A stretch of 64,000 nucleotides of DNA from the human T2T-CHM13v2.0 reference genome, Homo sapiens (GCF_009914755.1 NC_060947.1), one strand, 5' to 3'. Positions 1 through 14,715 are shown, numbered from the stretch's first letter. Notes: generated from the letters alone by a model not told the origin. Made by a program: numbers and translations.

Positions 1-29
1 GTAATTATAAACCATCAAAAAAAAATCAG

Positions 30-900
30 GTAAGAGGCTAGATAGACTGGTGGCCTGAGAGAACAAGGCTATTTTAGAAAGGATGATCAGGAACATCCTC
101 GCTGAGGAAGGACCCATGAAGATAATTGAGTAGTGAGTGCTTCAGACAGAAGAAATAGCAAATGCAATGGTCCTGAAGTGGGACTGTAACTGGTGGGTTG
201 TGGCAAAGAAGCCTGTGTTGCTGGGGCAGAGTAAGCAAGGAGGAAAGTAGAAGAAAGAAAGGTCAGAGAGGTAGAGGGGTCAGTTTGTATGGTGCCTTAT
301 AGGCCGTTTAAAAGATTTCAGCTTTTAATCTAAGTGAGATGGTGAGCCTTGGAAGGTTTTGATCAGAGAGGTGAATGGTATTACTAATTTTTTAAAGATC
401 ACTCAGCTGCTGAAGAGACAATAAGTTGGATGGATACGAAATGGAATCAGGGAGATGATTTAAGAAGCTCCTGAAATTGTCTAGTCAAGAGATGATGGTG
501 ACTTGCACTATGATGGCAAAAAGTGCCATATTCTGAATACTTTTTGAACGTAGGGCTGGTATAATTTTCTAAAGGATTGGATGTGGGTTATGAGAGAGAG
601 AGGTTAATCAAAAATGATGCCAAGGATTCCAGCCTAAGCAACTAAGTAAAGGGTGATGACATTTATTGAAATGAGGCACACTGGGGAAGAAGCAGGCTTA
701 TTGTGAAAATAAAGAATTCAGTTTGGGACATGATAAGTTTGAGCTGCTCATTAGACTTTAAAGTAGAGATACAGAGTAGAGAGTGGTTACATGAGTCTGG
801 AGCTTAGGGTGGAATTCAGTACTAGAGATAAAAAATTGTGGAGTTAGTAATATATAAATGTTACTTTAAAGCCCTGAGCCTGAATGAGATTGCCTAGTGG
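30..900 (-). mobile_element. Ancient LINE-2 fragment
   Basis: Purine-rich antisense L2 motifs (ggattggatgtgg, gacatttattgaaatgagg, ttcagtttgggacatgataagtttgag); boundaries approximate. Confidence 0.6.
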
Positions 901-1431
901 TCATTTATGTACCAGGCTTAGGCATAGGTATTTCTAAAACTAGAAAATTATGACTTCTAGAGAATTAACACACTACTGAAGATGAATATTTATTGATAGG
1001 AATAATTATTAAATATCACTAGGTAAAGTAAATGATGTTCATTGATTATAGTCTTTTCTGTCCTTTATTCTCAATTACAAAAGTATATTATCTGACATGG
1101 TAACCTGTCATACAAATTCTGCACTCTTTCTTTTAACCTACTCTATTTTAAACAATCAAAGCTTCAGCAATGTTAACACTACATTAGTAATAACCAAGCT
1201 TTTAAAAGCTACACAGTCTCATTCACTTTATAAGACTCATTATCTGAAAGTTCTTATACTTTTCTAGAATATTTCCTTGCCTGGCTCATTACATTACCAC
1301 ATCAAAATATGAGATTTTCTTACCTATAAATATCTCATTTTCTTCCTTTTCAATTCAAATTTGAAGACTGACTTTAAAATTTTGCACTAACATGACAACT
1401 ATGGAACAATAACTGAAGATTTTCCTGAAGA

Positions 1432-1589
1432 GGCCGGGCATGGTGGAGCACACATGCAGTCCCAGCTACTCAGGAGGCTGAGGCAGGAGTATCGGTTGAG
1501 CCCAAGTGTTTCACGCCAGGCTGGGCAACATAGCAAGACTCCACCTCTAAAAAATAATAATAGAAAAGTGCAAAATAAAATAAAATAAA
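1432..1589 (+). mobile_element. Alu monomer (FLAM-like) with A-rich tail
   Basis: ggccgggcatggtgg...ctgggcaacatagcaagactcc then A-rich tail; 16-bp TSD aagattttcctgaaga (1416-1431) / aaggttttcctgaaga (1590-1605). Confidence 0.85.
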
Positions 1590-1915
1590 AAGGTTTTCCT
1601 GAAGAGAGAGCTGTTCAAAGTTTTATAATCTCAGGACTCAAAAGACCCCTTTATAAAAAAGAAATACTTCTTCTTTCCTGTGTCACCAAATTGCTACACC
1701 AATTTTCTATTGGTGCTAGTTTCAGTAGATCTTTTTGGGGGATTCTCCATTAATCTTTGGGTGCTACATTTAAATGTTGAGAGCAAAGATGTATACCATC
1801 TTCCCTGGTTCTGAGCTGCTCTCTAGCAAACAGATGTAGCCCACATTTAGAAGAAGACACGGAGTAGCTGACAGAAATACAGATTTACCCACTAAATTAA
1901 TCAAACAAGTTTCAT

Positions 1916-2150
1916 ACCGTAGTATATTGGCCAAGAACATAAATCTGGAGCCAGTCTGCCTGGGTTTGAATCTCAGTTCCATCATTTACTGACTGTATGA
2001 CCTTGGAAAATGTACTAAAGTTCTCTATGCCTCAGTTTCCTCATCCTTTAAATGGGGATAATAATAGGGCTTAATCCACAGGATTGTAGTAAGAATTAAA
2101 GGAATTAATACGTGTAAAGCACCTACTATGTGCATGGCACATAGTAAGCC
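1916..2150 (+). mobile_element. MIR SINE
   Basis: MIR core: ctgggtttgaatctcagttcc...tgaccttgg...ctcagtttcctcatc...atggggataataat. Confidence 0.8.
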
Positions 2151-2699
2151 TACATGTGAATTAGGTGATGGAAAGTTTTGATTAGAAGAGTGGGCAAGGG
2201 GTGAATAAAATAAAGCTCCACCTGTCTATAACTTGCCAGGATTTACCCCTTTCCATGTTACTGGGGTTACAAGTCCCAATATTGGTATCACTCCATTGTG
2301 CCTGGGTCCTAAGGCAGGAATTACTTTCTCTAAAAAATACATTGATATTCATATAAAGTACTCAAGAGGGCTATGTGGGGAAGAAGCATGTATGTATTCG
2401 TCTTTTACCTTTGCACTTTTGCACAACATGACTAATTCTTTTCTTGAGTATTTTGTGAGGCACAGAGACTAGGACTGGAAAATTTTAGTAACGTGTAAAG
2501 AATGAATGTATAGACACATGGATGCATGCATAAATGAAATAATAATTCTAAGAAAATGGAAGGTAAACATAATGACAAAACATCAAAACAGAGGAAGACG
2601 GGAAAGCAAGAAGACCTCATTGTCTTACTTGGCAACTGTGCTTAAACCTCTTGAATCTTTTTTCAAGTAAAATAACTATTTTCAGTAAGCACTTAACAG

Positions 2700-3034
2700 A
2701 ATGATGAGTTCATGTCCTTTGTAGGGACATGGATGAAGCTGGAAACCATCATTCTCAGCAAACTATCGCAAGGACAAAAAACCAAACACCGCATGTTCTC
2801 ATTCATAGGTGGGAATTGAACAATGAGAACACATGGACACAGGAAGGGGAACATCACACACCAGGGCCTGTTGTGGGGTGGGGGAAGGGGGGAGGGATAG
2901 CATTTGGAGATATACCTAATGTTAAATGACGAGTTATTGGGTGCAGCACACCAACATGGCACATGTATACATGTGTAACTAACCTGTACGTTGTGCACAT
3001 GTACCCTAAAACTTAAAGTGTAATTAAAAAAAAA
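2700..3034 (+). mobile_element. 5'-truncated primate L1PA 3' end
   Basis: L1 ORF2 terminus and 3'UTR (gggacatggatgaagctggaaacc...gtaccctaaaacttaaag) plus A tail; no convincing TSD. Confidence 0.9.
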
Positions 3035-3699
3035 TGTTTCAAGGTCCACTGCTGATATATAAGAGGTCCTTCCTTTGGAGAAAATAAAGCAGGGATTATA
3101 TTGGGATACAACATCTAGAGTTAATTGTAAGTCTCAAAAGATCAGATAGCAATGACAAGATTGCTTCCCTAGTTTATCGATTTCATATGCCTAAGTGAGT
3201 TGCAGAATCCCAGGAACCCACAAGATAGAATAAAGAATTTAAAGAAAGCTTGTGTAGGAAAGCAGTGTCATTTCTACTTTTTCCTACAAGTTTGAAAACC
3301 TAAATTAGGGGAATAGGGTAATGGAAAGTATCCTACAAATCTTTCAAGTAAAATTGGTCACACATGTGAATCTGATTTGCGATATTTGTTGAGGTATTTA
3401 TAAAGATTTAAATGTCCTTTGCACCCTTTAATAAGTATTAAAATGTCATTCTTTTTCCTGAATGACCTCAGTTGTGAGGTGGCCAAATGCAAGTATTCAG
3501 AAGCCTTTGCAAAGTCCTCGCTCAGCCCACAAGTGAATTAGGCATCGCAAAAGGTATGGATGGATGTATAATGTCTGCCTCTGAAAAGTACACGAAAATA
3601 AGAAAAATAAAGGACTGGGACAAGCCAGTATGGAATCAAGGGCTAAGTTGTCAAAGATGAATTCTAAAAGCATTCAGAAAAAGCAAAGAAGGTAGAGTA

Positions 3700-4340
3700 C
3701 ATGCTGCTCTCCTGAGCTCCAGACCATTATATCAAATTGCTTAGTAGAAAATTCCACCGTGATGTCTCATAGGCAAGTCAAATTCAACATGTCCAAACTT
3801 GAACTCATCATCTTCCTCACCCACTCAGAAGTGTTCCTCCTTGTGCGTCCCATATTTTCAGTGAATGGCACCACTATCTAGTTGTTCAAGCCAGATAAGA
3901 TAATCCTTGTTCTCTCTCTTCCCTCACCTACCACAATCAATCCAATACCAAGTCCTGTCAATATTAACTCCTAAATGTCTCTGGAGTCTGTCTACTGCTC
4001 TCTATTCCCACCACTGCACTAGCTGAAGATGTCATTACCTTTTCCATGATGACTCTTAACTACGCTTCCTGACATCATGGTTACCCTCCTCTAATTCAAT
4101 CTAATCTTCGCTTAGATGTCACGAGATCAAAATGCAAACTGTACTGGGTAAATCTTCCAATTGCCAACACATTCAACCGCTCTTCTAGTTCTACAAGACA
4201 GGGTTCACGGTATACAAGCCACCTTATGATTTAGCCTCTGCTCATCTTTTTTACTTAGATCCCTTCATGCCTTCATAACGTCATACCAAACATTTTGCCT
4301 TTTTCCAAATATTCCCTGAATTTCTTATGCTTCATTGCCT
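3700..4340 (+). mobile_element. LINE-2 fragment
   Basis: caaattcaacatgtccaaacttgaactcatcatcttcc and neighbouring L2 sense motifs. Confidence 0.65.
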
Positions 4341-5564
4341 TTGGACTGGAAGCTCCCTGAAAATTTGGGAGGGCAAGCATGTTGGCAAGAAGTCCAGTTA
4401 GGGAGTACTTTCAATAATCCAAGGAGAAGATAATGAGATCTTCCTATTTAGCATTCAAAACTCCACTCAGACGTCATCATCTCTCTGAAACCCATAGCCT
4501 GGGTTTCCATTGACCCATATGGAAAAATGCTTTCGTCTATTCAGTAGACTGCCTCATAATAGTTTACCTATCTACATTTTTATCTCTTGTACTGGACTAT
4601 GAGATTCTTGAGGACAGAAAATGTATTTTTATTCATCTATAAGTTCTTGCAGTGCATATGTGGTAGGGCTAGAGAAGATGGATTAGAGGGAAGAAAAATA
4701 TGACAGAGAGAAGGGAGAGAGGAGGAGTTAGAAGGGAAGGAGAGCAACCTATAGTTATTTGCAAAGACAGAACTTGAGACGTCAAGACAAAGTAGTTAAT
4801 GGTGTGTAGATATGGGTTATCTGCTTTTTCCTTCATTTACTGTATCAGTGATATTGGCCTTTCACACTACCATGAGGTTTTCAGTCTGCACACTGCTGGA
4901 CAATTTTTGTTTGCTATGTTGCCCAAATACTTGATGACACAAAAAGGCTCTCTAATTCCAAGCTACATAAATGTTGCTTACTATGGACATTTTAGAAAAG
5001 AACTTAATAGTTGTAAACATTATTTTTAATAAGGTTTGGTGGGATTTTGTTGTGGCTAATATATGCCACGTTTAATTTCTTAACTATCATCTATGATATT
5101 TAATATGAGGCAAATTCCCATGATACCAACTATTTGTATTTTCATGAATGATAAACCAATATCACTTTCTAATCCTCCTCTCCTTTTATTCTAGAAGAGT
5201 TTCAACATGAAAATGTTGTCTCTAAGGTCATGAAAAATATCTTCTTTATTAGTCTCCCTTTGCCATGGTACCCTTCCTGTGTTCCTCTTCTCTAAGGGAC
5301 TTGCTCTTCTGAATCATCCCTCACTTACACTTCTATGGATCAATAGATTCTTAGCTCTAATAGACATACACAAACTCATGCTACCTCATCAGACAAATAA
5401 CCACCAAAACAGAGCAAGATGTAATGATGTGTGTTGTAAAGAGCTCTAGACTGTGAGTTAGAGTACCCTAATACTACCACTGTTCTCTTGTATACACTCT
5501 TCCTTTTCTCAGGATTTCCGTTTTCTCAACAGATGAACCATAAACTCACATCCAGTTCTAATTA

Positions 5565-5934
5565 CAGACGGTTTCTGACTTACACTGGTTCAACTTACGA
5601 TTTTTCAACTTTTTGAAGGTGTGTGAGATGCATTTAGTAGAAACTGTACCCATTCAGTAGAAACTTCAAGTACCCGTACAATCATTCTGTTTTTCATTTT
5701 CAGTAAGTATACAATAAATTACATGGCATATTCAACACTTCCTAATACAATAGGCTTTGTGAATATTTTGCCCATCTGCGGCAATATAAATGTTCTAGGC
5801 ATGTTTAAGATAGGCTACGCTGAGCTATGGTGTTTGGTAGGTTAGGTATTTTAAATGCATTTTCAACTTATGATATTTTCAACTTACAATAAATGTATTG
5901 GGAAATAACTATATTGTAAGTTGAGGAGGATCTG
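5565..5934 (-). mobile_element. MER47A-like non-autonomous Tigger DNA transposon
   Basis: Imperfect terminal inverted repeats (cagacgg...acttac / gtaagt...gatctg) flanked by TA at 5563-5564 and 5935-5936; body matches recalled MER47A. Confidence 0.8.
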
Positions 5935-6589
5935 TACTCTTCAAAAATACTTTAAAATATATATGGCTTTATTACAAATATATTTATCTTATACAATTTT
6001 GTTACAAGTTTTAAGAAAATTAAAACTTACCTTTTCAAATATATGTGAGATTCAGCCACTTCTTGTGAATTGTCTCTACAAATCTTATGTAAAGAAAGTA
6101 AAATGGATTAAAAAGAAATTAACTTAGAGAAAAAGAACTTTTAATCTGGTAACTTCCTGATGAAGTCTGTGAAAAGAAAATTATTCAAATAAACACTGTT
6201 TTATTTTACAAAACGCTTAACCTAACAGGACTTGGGTGGAATGGCATAGCTCACACTATTTTCCCTCCTTTCAAAAAAGAATGAGTAATATTAATACTAA
6301 TCATCACTGATGAAATAATAATTACAGAGACAGCAAACGATTATACTGAGCATATTATTCAAACTGTCATTAAAATCACGTTTGGAGATGAGAGGAGACA
6401 ACTAAACATTATAATTTTACTACAGAGGATATATTTTTCAAATATATCACTTGACCACTTGTTTAAATGCAAATAATGCTAGTGCACCCCTGCGTTATAT
6501 AAGGGCAACAAGATTCCAAAAGGGCTGATGTATCAAATCTAGCCCTACAGAAGAAACCTTGGGATCCCTAGGTCTTGCTGCTGCACTCA

Positions 6590-6890
6590 AACCATCATAG
6601 ACAGACAGATTCTCTCCTATTTACAAACCTCTCTGGAGGAAAGATTCCACAACTTTCCTCAGAAACCATTTTCAAGGTTTCATGGTCAGGATTCCTCCTT
6701 AAGTCTAACCAAAATTTCCCATGGCCTTTCTTAAGTCTATTTAATCATCTAAGTATAAAGAGAATATTTATTGACTAATTTTGCATCTGAGTCATGGCTA
6801 CATTTTTAAGACAATTATTAAATTATCCCTCACGCATCTTTTCTTCTGGGTCAATAAATACAGTTCCTTTAACACTCTCCTCAGAGGGCA
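6590..6890 (-). mobile_element. Possible L3/CR1 LINE relic
   Basis: aggattcctccttaagtctaacc...aatttccc and cttttcttctgg...cagttcctttaac resemble the L3 antisense 3' region; highly decayed. Confidence 0.4.
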
Positions 6891-7859
6891 TCTCTTATAT
6901 CCAGTGATTAGGTAAATGCCATACTTCAGGACTCTGGTAAGATCTGCCTGGATTTGAGTTTCTCTTCAGATGTTTTGCACTCTAAACTTGGTGTTTGGAA
7001 TTTTGATGGGGTCTAGAGAATCTGGTCTTTCTCTAAGATTTTATCTCCCGGAATAATATTAAGCAATACTGCTGAGATTTGCCAAAATATAGCTGTATTA
7101 ACACAGTGCAAAAAATGCAAGTAAAAAAGTTAAAAAGTCCTGGCTCCAGCTCACAGAAGAAAATAAGGACAATGTGGTTTTAGCTTTGTGATATCCTGTC
7201 CAGAGGCCAATGATTCAAGTGGTATTTCTCAGGAAATAAATGTTTAGACTCCTGGGGGGAAGCCAGAAAGCTTTAGTGGTGCTACAGTTCTTGGCTCCTC
7301 AATTCTTACGTCACGAGAGAAATATTTTGGCTGAGCACTGGATACTCATCCTCATTTCCAGACCACTTTAGCTTGTAAAGTTATATTCTTTGGATAATTA
7401 CACAGCACATCTCAAGGTGCCCTTTTATGGTTTAATTGTCATACGTTATATATTTGAAATCTGAACTTTTGGAATTTATGAAGGTATTGCCAATACAAAA
7501 GCTGTCTTCTCATATATTACTCAATAACATGAGAACTAATGCCTCTCTAAGGCTTCTGTTGGCAGTTGCTGAATCAGATTCTCAACAAGAGAAGGGAATG
7601 TTGCCTTCTGGATTTAATGCTGACATGGGTTACAATTGGGACAAGCTCTAAATATAGGCAGAATAGGTGGACATTTTGTAGTGAGATTTAAGGTGCCCTA
7701 AAAGATCATTCGGGTTCAGGACCTGACTTACTCCTTTTGGTTCTCAAATGTCTCATCGATAAAAACCTACATCGTGGCCATCGTATTCAGAATTGCAACA
7801 TGCACCAACCCCTCCACCTACAACAGCATACCTACTATTTCTTTCTTTTTTGTATTATT

Positions 7860-8159
7860 TTGTTGTTGCTTGGTTTTTTGAGACAGGGTCTTGGTCTGTC
7901 ACCCATGCTAGAGTGCAGTTGCACAATCATAGCTCACTGCAAACTCAAACTGCTGGGCACAAGTGATTCTCCCACCTCAGCCTCCTGAATACCTGGGAGT
8001 AAAAGTGTGTGCCACAACACCAGGCTAATATTTTATTTTCATGGAGACAGGGTCTCACTATGTTGCACAGGCTGGTCTCAAACTCTTGACTTCAAGTGAT
8101 CCTCTTGCCTCACCCTCCCAAAATGCTGGGATTACAGGGATGAGCCATCACATCCAGTC
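7860..8159 (-). mobile_element. AluJ-type element
   Basis: Antisense dimeric Alu from T-rich tail/tgagacagggtc to gagccatcacatccagtc. Confidence 0.88.
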
Positions 8160-8169
8160 TATAATTTAA

Positions 8170-8351
8170 CTTTTTAATCGAAAAATTAAATATATATATA
8201 TACTTATCATGTACATCATGTTGTTTTGAAATATCTCTACATTGTGGAATGGCTAGATAGACCTAATTAACATATGCACTACCTCCCATACATAGCAATT
8301 TTTGTGGTGCGGACACATAAAATATACCCTCCGCAATTTTTAAGAATACAA
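8170..8351 (-). mobile_element. Old L1M 3' UTR fragment interrupted by Tigger1
   Basis: gtacatcatgttgttttgaaatat...acattgtggaatggc, typical of the antisense L1MA/MB 3' end. Confidence 0.6.
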
Positions 8352-8353
8352 TA

Positions 8354-10461
8354 CAGACATACCTCGTTTTACTGCACTTTCCTTTATTGCACTTCGCGGA
8401 TATTGCATTTTTTACAAATTAATGGTTTATAGCAACCCTGCATCAAGTAAATCTATTGGCCCCAGTTTTCCAAATGGATGTGCTCACTTCTTGTCTCTGT
8501 GTCACACTTTGGTAATTCTTGCCATATTTCAAACTTTTTCATCATTATTGTATCTGTTATGTTAATCTGTGATCATCATTACATTGGAGTGACATGAGCC
8601 ATAGTCATATAAGACGGCAAACTTCATGGATAAATGTGTGTGCTCTGACTGCTCCACCAACTGACCATTCTCCTGTTTATCTCCCTCACCTTGGGTCTCT
8701 TTATTCCCTAAGGCACAGTAATATTGAAATTAGTTATTATTAATAATCCCACAGTGGCCTCTAACTGTTCAAGTGAAAGGAAGTGTTGTATGTCTTTCAC
8801 TTTAAATCAAAAGCTTAAAATGATTAAGTTCGGTGAGAAAGGCTTGTGGAACATCAAGATAGGGTGAAAGCTAGGCCTCTTGAGACAAACAGCCAGGTTG
8901 TGAGTGCCAAAGAAAAGTAATTGAAGGAAATTAAAGTGCTACTTCAGTGAACACAACGTGATAAGAAAGAGAAACAGCCTTATTGCTGATGTGAAGAAAG
9001 TTTTAGTGGTCTGGATAGAATAGTAAATCCAGCCACAACATTCTTTTAAGCTAAAGCTTAATGCAGAGCAAGGCTCTTAACTCTCTACAATTTTATAAGG
9101 TCTGAGAGGTGAGAAAACTGCAAAGGAAAAGTTGGAAGTTGGCAGAGGTTAGTTTATGAGGTTGGAGGAAAGAAATCATCACTATAACATAAGTCTAAGT
9201 TGAAGCACCAAGTGCTCATGAAGCAGCTGCAGCAAGTTACGCAGAAGATCAAGCTAAGTTAACTGATGAAGGTGGATACACTAAACAACAGATTTTATGT
9301 AGACAAAACAGCCTTCTATTGGAAGAAAATTACATCTAGGACTCTCACAGATAGAATTCAGTGCCTGGCTTCAAAGCTTCAAAGAACAGGCTGAATCTCT
9401 TGTTAGGGATTAATGCAGCTGCTGAATCTAAGTTGAAGCCAATGTTCATGTACCCATGCAGAAAATCCTAGAGCCCTTAAGAATTATGTGAAATCTACTC
9501 TTCCTCTCTTCCTGTGCCCTATAAATGTAACAACAAAGCCTGGATGACAACACATCTGTTTACATCATGATGTACTGAATATTTTAGGTCCACTACTGAG
9601 ACCTACTGCTCATCAAAAAAAGATTCCTCTCAAAATATTACTGCTCATTTAAACTGTACCCAGTCACCCAAGAGCTGTGTTGGAGCTGTGCAAGATTAAT
9701 GTTGTTTTCATGCCTAATAACACAACATCCATTCTGCAGTCCACGGATCAAGGAGTAATATTAACTTGCAAGAAATACATTTCCTAAGGCTATAGTTGCC
9801 ACAGATAGCAATTTCTCTGATGGATCTGGGTAAAGTAAATTGAAAACCTTTAGAAAGAAGTCAGCATTCTAGATGCTGTTAAGAACATTTGCAATTCATG
9901 GGAAGAAGTCAAAATATCAACATTAATACAAGTTTGGAAGAAGTTGATTCCAATTGTCATGGATGACTTTGAGGGATTCAAAACATCAGTGGAGGAAGTA
10001 ACTGTGGATGTGGTGGAAACACCAAGTGAACTAGAATAAGAAGTGGAATCTAAAGACATGACTGCATTGCTGCAATCTCATGATAAAACTTGAACTGATG
10101 AGGAGTTGCTTTTTATGAATGAGCAAAGAAAGTGGTTTCTTGAGATGGAATCTACTGCTGGTGAAGATGCTGTGAACATTGTTGAAATGACAACAAACAA
10201 TTTAAAATATTACATAAATTTATTTGCTAAAGCAGTGATAGGGTTTGAGAAGATTGACTCCAATTTTGAAAACAGTTCTACTGTAGGTAAAATGTTATCA
10301 AACAGCATTACATGCTACAGAGAAATGTAGCAAAGGAAGTGCCAATTGACGTGACAAATTTCATTATTGTCTTATTTTAAGAAGTTGCCACAGCCACTCC
10401 AACCTTCAGTAACCACCACCCTGATGAGTTAAGCAACCATCAACATCTACATAAGGCCATC
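8354..10461 (+). mobile_element. Tigger1 DNA transposon (decayed transposase, 3' end missing)
   Basis: Starts TA|cagacatacctcgtttt (Tigger1 5' TIR); degenerate pogo-type transposase fragments such as ORF 10106-10330; ends abruptly at the LTR12 insertion. Confidence 0.9.
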
Positions 10462-11803
10462 TGAGAGGTGAAGCCAGCTGGACTTCCTGGGTCTAGTGGG
10501 GACTTGGAGAACTTTTCTGTCTAGCTAAAGGATTGTAAATGCACCAATCAGCACTCTGTAAAAGCACACCAGTCAGTGTTCTGTGTCCAGCTAAAGGATT
10601 GTAAAGGCACCAATCAGCACTCTGTAAAAACGCACCAATCAGTGCTCTGTGTCTAGCTAAAGGATTGTAAATGTGCCAATCAGCACTCTGTGTCTAGCTA
10701 AAGTATTGTAAATGGACCAATCAACACTCTGTAAAAATGCACCAATCAGCACTCTGTGTCTAGCTAAAGGATTGTAAATGTACCAATCAGCACTCTGTGT
10801 CTAGCTAAAGGATTGTAAATGCACCAATCAGCACTCTGTAAAAACGCACCAATCAGCGCTCTGTTTCTAGCTAAAGGATTGTAAATGCACCAATCAGCAC
10901 ACTGTAAAAACACACCAATCAGTGCTCTGTGTCTAGCTAAAGGATTGTAAATGCACCAATCAGTGCTCTGTAAAACTGCACGAATCAGTGCTCTGTGTCT
11001 AGCTAACGGATTGTAAACACACCAATCAGCGCTCTGTGTCTAGCTAAAGGATTGTAAATGCACCAGTCAGCACTCTGTAAAAACGCATCAATCAGCACTC
11101 TGTTTCTAGCTAACGGATTGTATATGCACCAATCAGCACTCTGTGTCTAGCTAAAGGATTGTAAATGCACCAATCAGTGCTCCGTAAAAACGCACCAATC
11201 AGTGCTCTGTGTCTAGCTAAAGATTGTAAATTCTCCAATCAGCAATCTGTAAAAACGCACCAATCAGTGCTCTGTGTCTAGCTAACCAATCAGCATTCTG
11301 TGTCTAGCTAAAGGATTGTAAACACACCAATCAGCACTCTGTAAAAATGCACCAATCAGCGCTCTGTGTCTAGCTAAAGGATTGTAAATGCACCAGTCAG
11401 CACTCTGTAAAAACGCATCACTCAGTGCTCTGTGTCTAGCTAACGGATTGTAAACACACCAATCAGCACTCTGTGTCTAGCTAAAGGATTGTAAATGCAC
11501 CGGTCAGCACTCTGTAAAAACGCATCACTCAGTGCTCTGTGTCTAGCTAACGGATTGTAAACACACCAATCAGCACTCTGTGTCTAGCTAAAGGATTATA
11601 AATGCACGAATCAGCACTCTGTAAAAACGCACCAATCAGCACTCAGTGTCTAGGTAGAGAATTGTAAACGCACCAGTCAGTACTCTATGTCTAGCTAAAG
11701 GATTGTAAATGCACCAATCAGCACTCTGTAAAAATGCACCAATCTGCACTCTGTGTCTAGGTAAAGGATTGTAAACGCACCCATCAGCACTCTGTAAAAA
11801 CAC
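10462..11803 (+). mobile_element. LTR12F-like (ERV9) LTR, U3 only, with an expanded tandem CCAAT array
   Basis: Starts tgagaggtgaagccagctggacttcctggg; then ~1.3 kb of ~24/41-bp units (tctagctaaaggattgtaaatgcaccaatcagcactctg), ~26 intact CCAAT by manual count. Confidence 0.9.
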
Positions 11804-12012
11804 CTTAATGCTGGCTGTGAACTTGTATTTCCCTTTAGCAGATATTAATTGAGCACCTACCACTGCAAAACCAAGAGCTACATAACTTAGGTACAAACAT
11901 AAGACATGGTTCCGCTCCCCTCAAGGAAATTAGTATCTAATATAAAAAAGAGACATATAGATATGTATTGCAAATACAATAAAATAAAGGGTTGTATTTA
12001 GACAGGTCTCCA

Positions 12013-12335
12013 GGCCAGACACAGTGCCTCATGACTGTAATCCCACAACTTTGGTAGGTCAAGGTGGGAGGACCAGTTAAGGCCAGGAGTTCAAGACTAG
12101 CCTGAGCAACATAACGAGAGCTCATCTCCACAAAAAGAAAAAAAATTTAGCCAGACGAGGTGGCTTACTCCTGTAGTCCTACCTACTCTAAAAGCTGAGG
12201 TGAAAGGATCTCTTGAGCCCAGGAAATCAAAGCTGCAGTGAGCTTAGTTCATGTCACTGTACTCCAGCCTGGGTGACAGAGCAAGATCCTGTCGCAAGAA
12301 AAAAGAAAGAAAAGAAAAAGAAAAGAAAAAAGAAA
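12013..12335 (+). mobile_element. AluJ-type element with (GAAAA)n tail
   Basis: Dimeric Alu; 13-bp TSD agacaggtctcca (12000-12012) / agataggtctcca (12336-12348). Confidence 0.88.
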
Positions 12336-12552
12336 AGATAGGTCTCCAAACTTTGTAGATAATATACCCCACTGTGCTTACTTATTTTGAACACATCCCC
12401 TCAGTAGAAGTATTTGTATTTATAAATTATATACATGCAGTGTCATATATGCAGTGTCATAATTAGCTTATATCTTAAGACAAAACATATTTAGGGCAAA
12501 GTTTACTGTTACTATACAAATGTAAATTTATATATCAAAGTCTTCTTGCTAA

Positions 12553-12601
12553 TTTTTTTTTAAATTTTACTTTAAGTTCCAGAATACATGTGCAGAAGGT
12601 G
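12553..12601 (-). mobile_element. Terminal ~40 nt of an L1PA 3'UTR plus poly(A), fused to the ZNF retrocopy
   Basis: Minus strand reads cttctgcacatgtattctggaacttaaagtaaaattt-A9, matching the L1PA terminus (compare 53047-53085 in this window). Confidence 0.75.
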
Positions 12602-13440
<839 letters not shown>

Positions 13441-13676
13441 GCTTATATTTCTATTTGCAACTCCAATGTCTAATTTAAAAAACCCAGAGTATATTTCTCT
13501 AGTTTTGGACACCATTGCATCAGTTTGTTCTATGATCAGAAAACGAATTCCTGAATTTTGAAAGATATCACAAAAAAGTGAGGACTAAAATACAAATCAT
13601 TTTCCATTGCTTTCTGATCCTTCCGCAGGAAATCATCTCACCATGCTGTCTCAAATTCAATCAGCAAGCCTTCTAG

Positions 13677-14094
<418 letters not shown>

Positions 14095-14297
14095 TAGAAA
14101 GAGTGTAAGAGGTCATAAGTTGATTACCAGATTAATAAAATAGTTCTATTAATTGAGTAAGATTGCATAGCTCAAGTTTGACAACCTTGTTGAGGGACTT
14201 ACTGGGTTTCAGGTGATTACACTTTGCTCTGAATCATATCCTCAAGATTACAGATCTAAACAAAAAATGTAATGCATTAAACCAAACATATCTTTAA

Positions 14298-14500
14298 GGA
14301 AGCATGATGTATTGGAAAGAGTTTTGTAGTCAGACAGGTTTGAATTTGAATCCTGGCTTACCTATGTAGGAGCTGTGTGGCCTTGGAAAAGTGCCTTAAC
14401 TCTCTGAGTTTCAGTTTCCTCATGTGTTAAATGGAGATAATATCGTCTACCTTATCAGGATTTCTTGTAAAAGATTGTAATAAACAAGTGTTCAATACTT
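14298..14500 (+). mobile_element. MIR SINE
   Basis: gaatttgaatcctggct...ctgtgtggccttgg...tcagtttcctcatgtgttaaatggagataat. Confidence 0.75.
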
Positions 14501-14715
14501 AAATATCAATTACCATTTAAAATGAATAAAATTATGTGTGAATGAAGGAATTTTGCAGCTTAGCATTCTATAGTAATTACACATTTTAGGAGATCTTTCA
14601 TGAAGGGGCTAGTGTAGTAGCTCATTAATTCAACAATTATTTATTGAGCACCCATTCTGTGCTGAGCATTGTGCTGCATGTGGTAGTGGATATCATGCTC
14701 TCAAGGAACACAGTA

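Noticed and set aside
7300-7320. CRE-like TTACGTCA motif in unique sequence
   Set aside because: Single short motif with no supporting promoter context
10520-11803. CRISPR-like appearance of the regular repeat array
   Set aside because: No unique spacers and no cas genes; it is the LTR12 U3 tandem repeat in a primate genome
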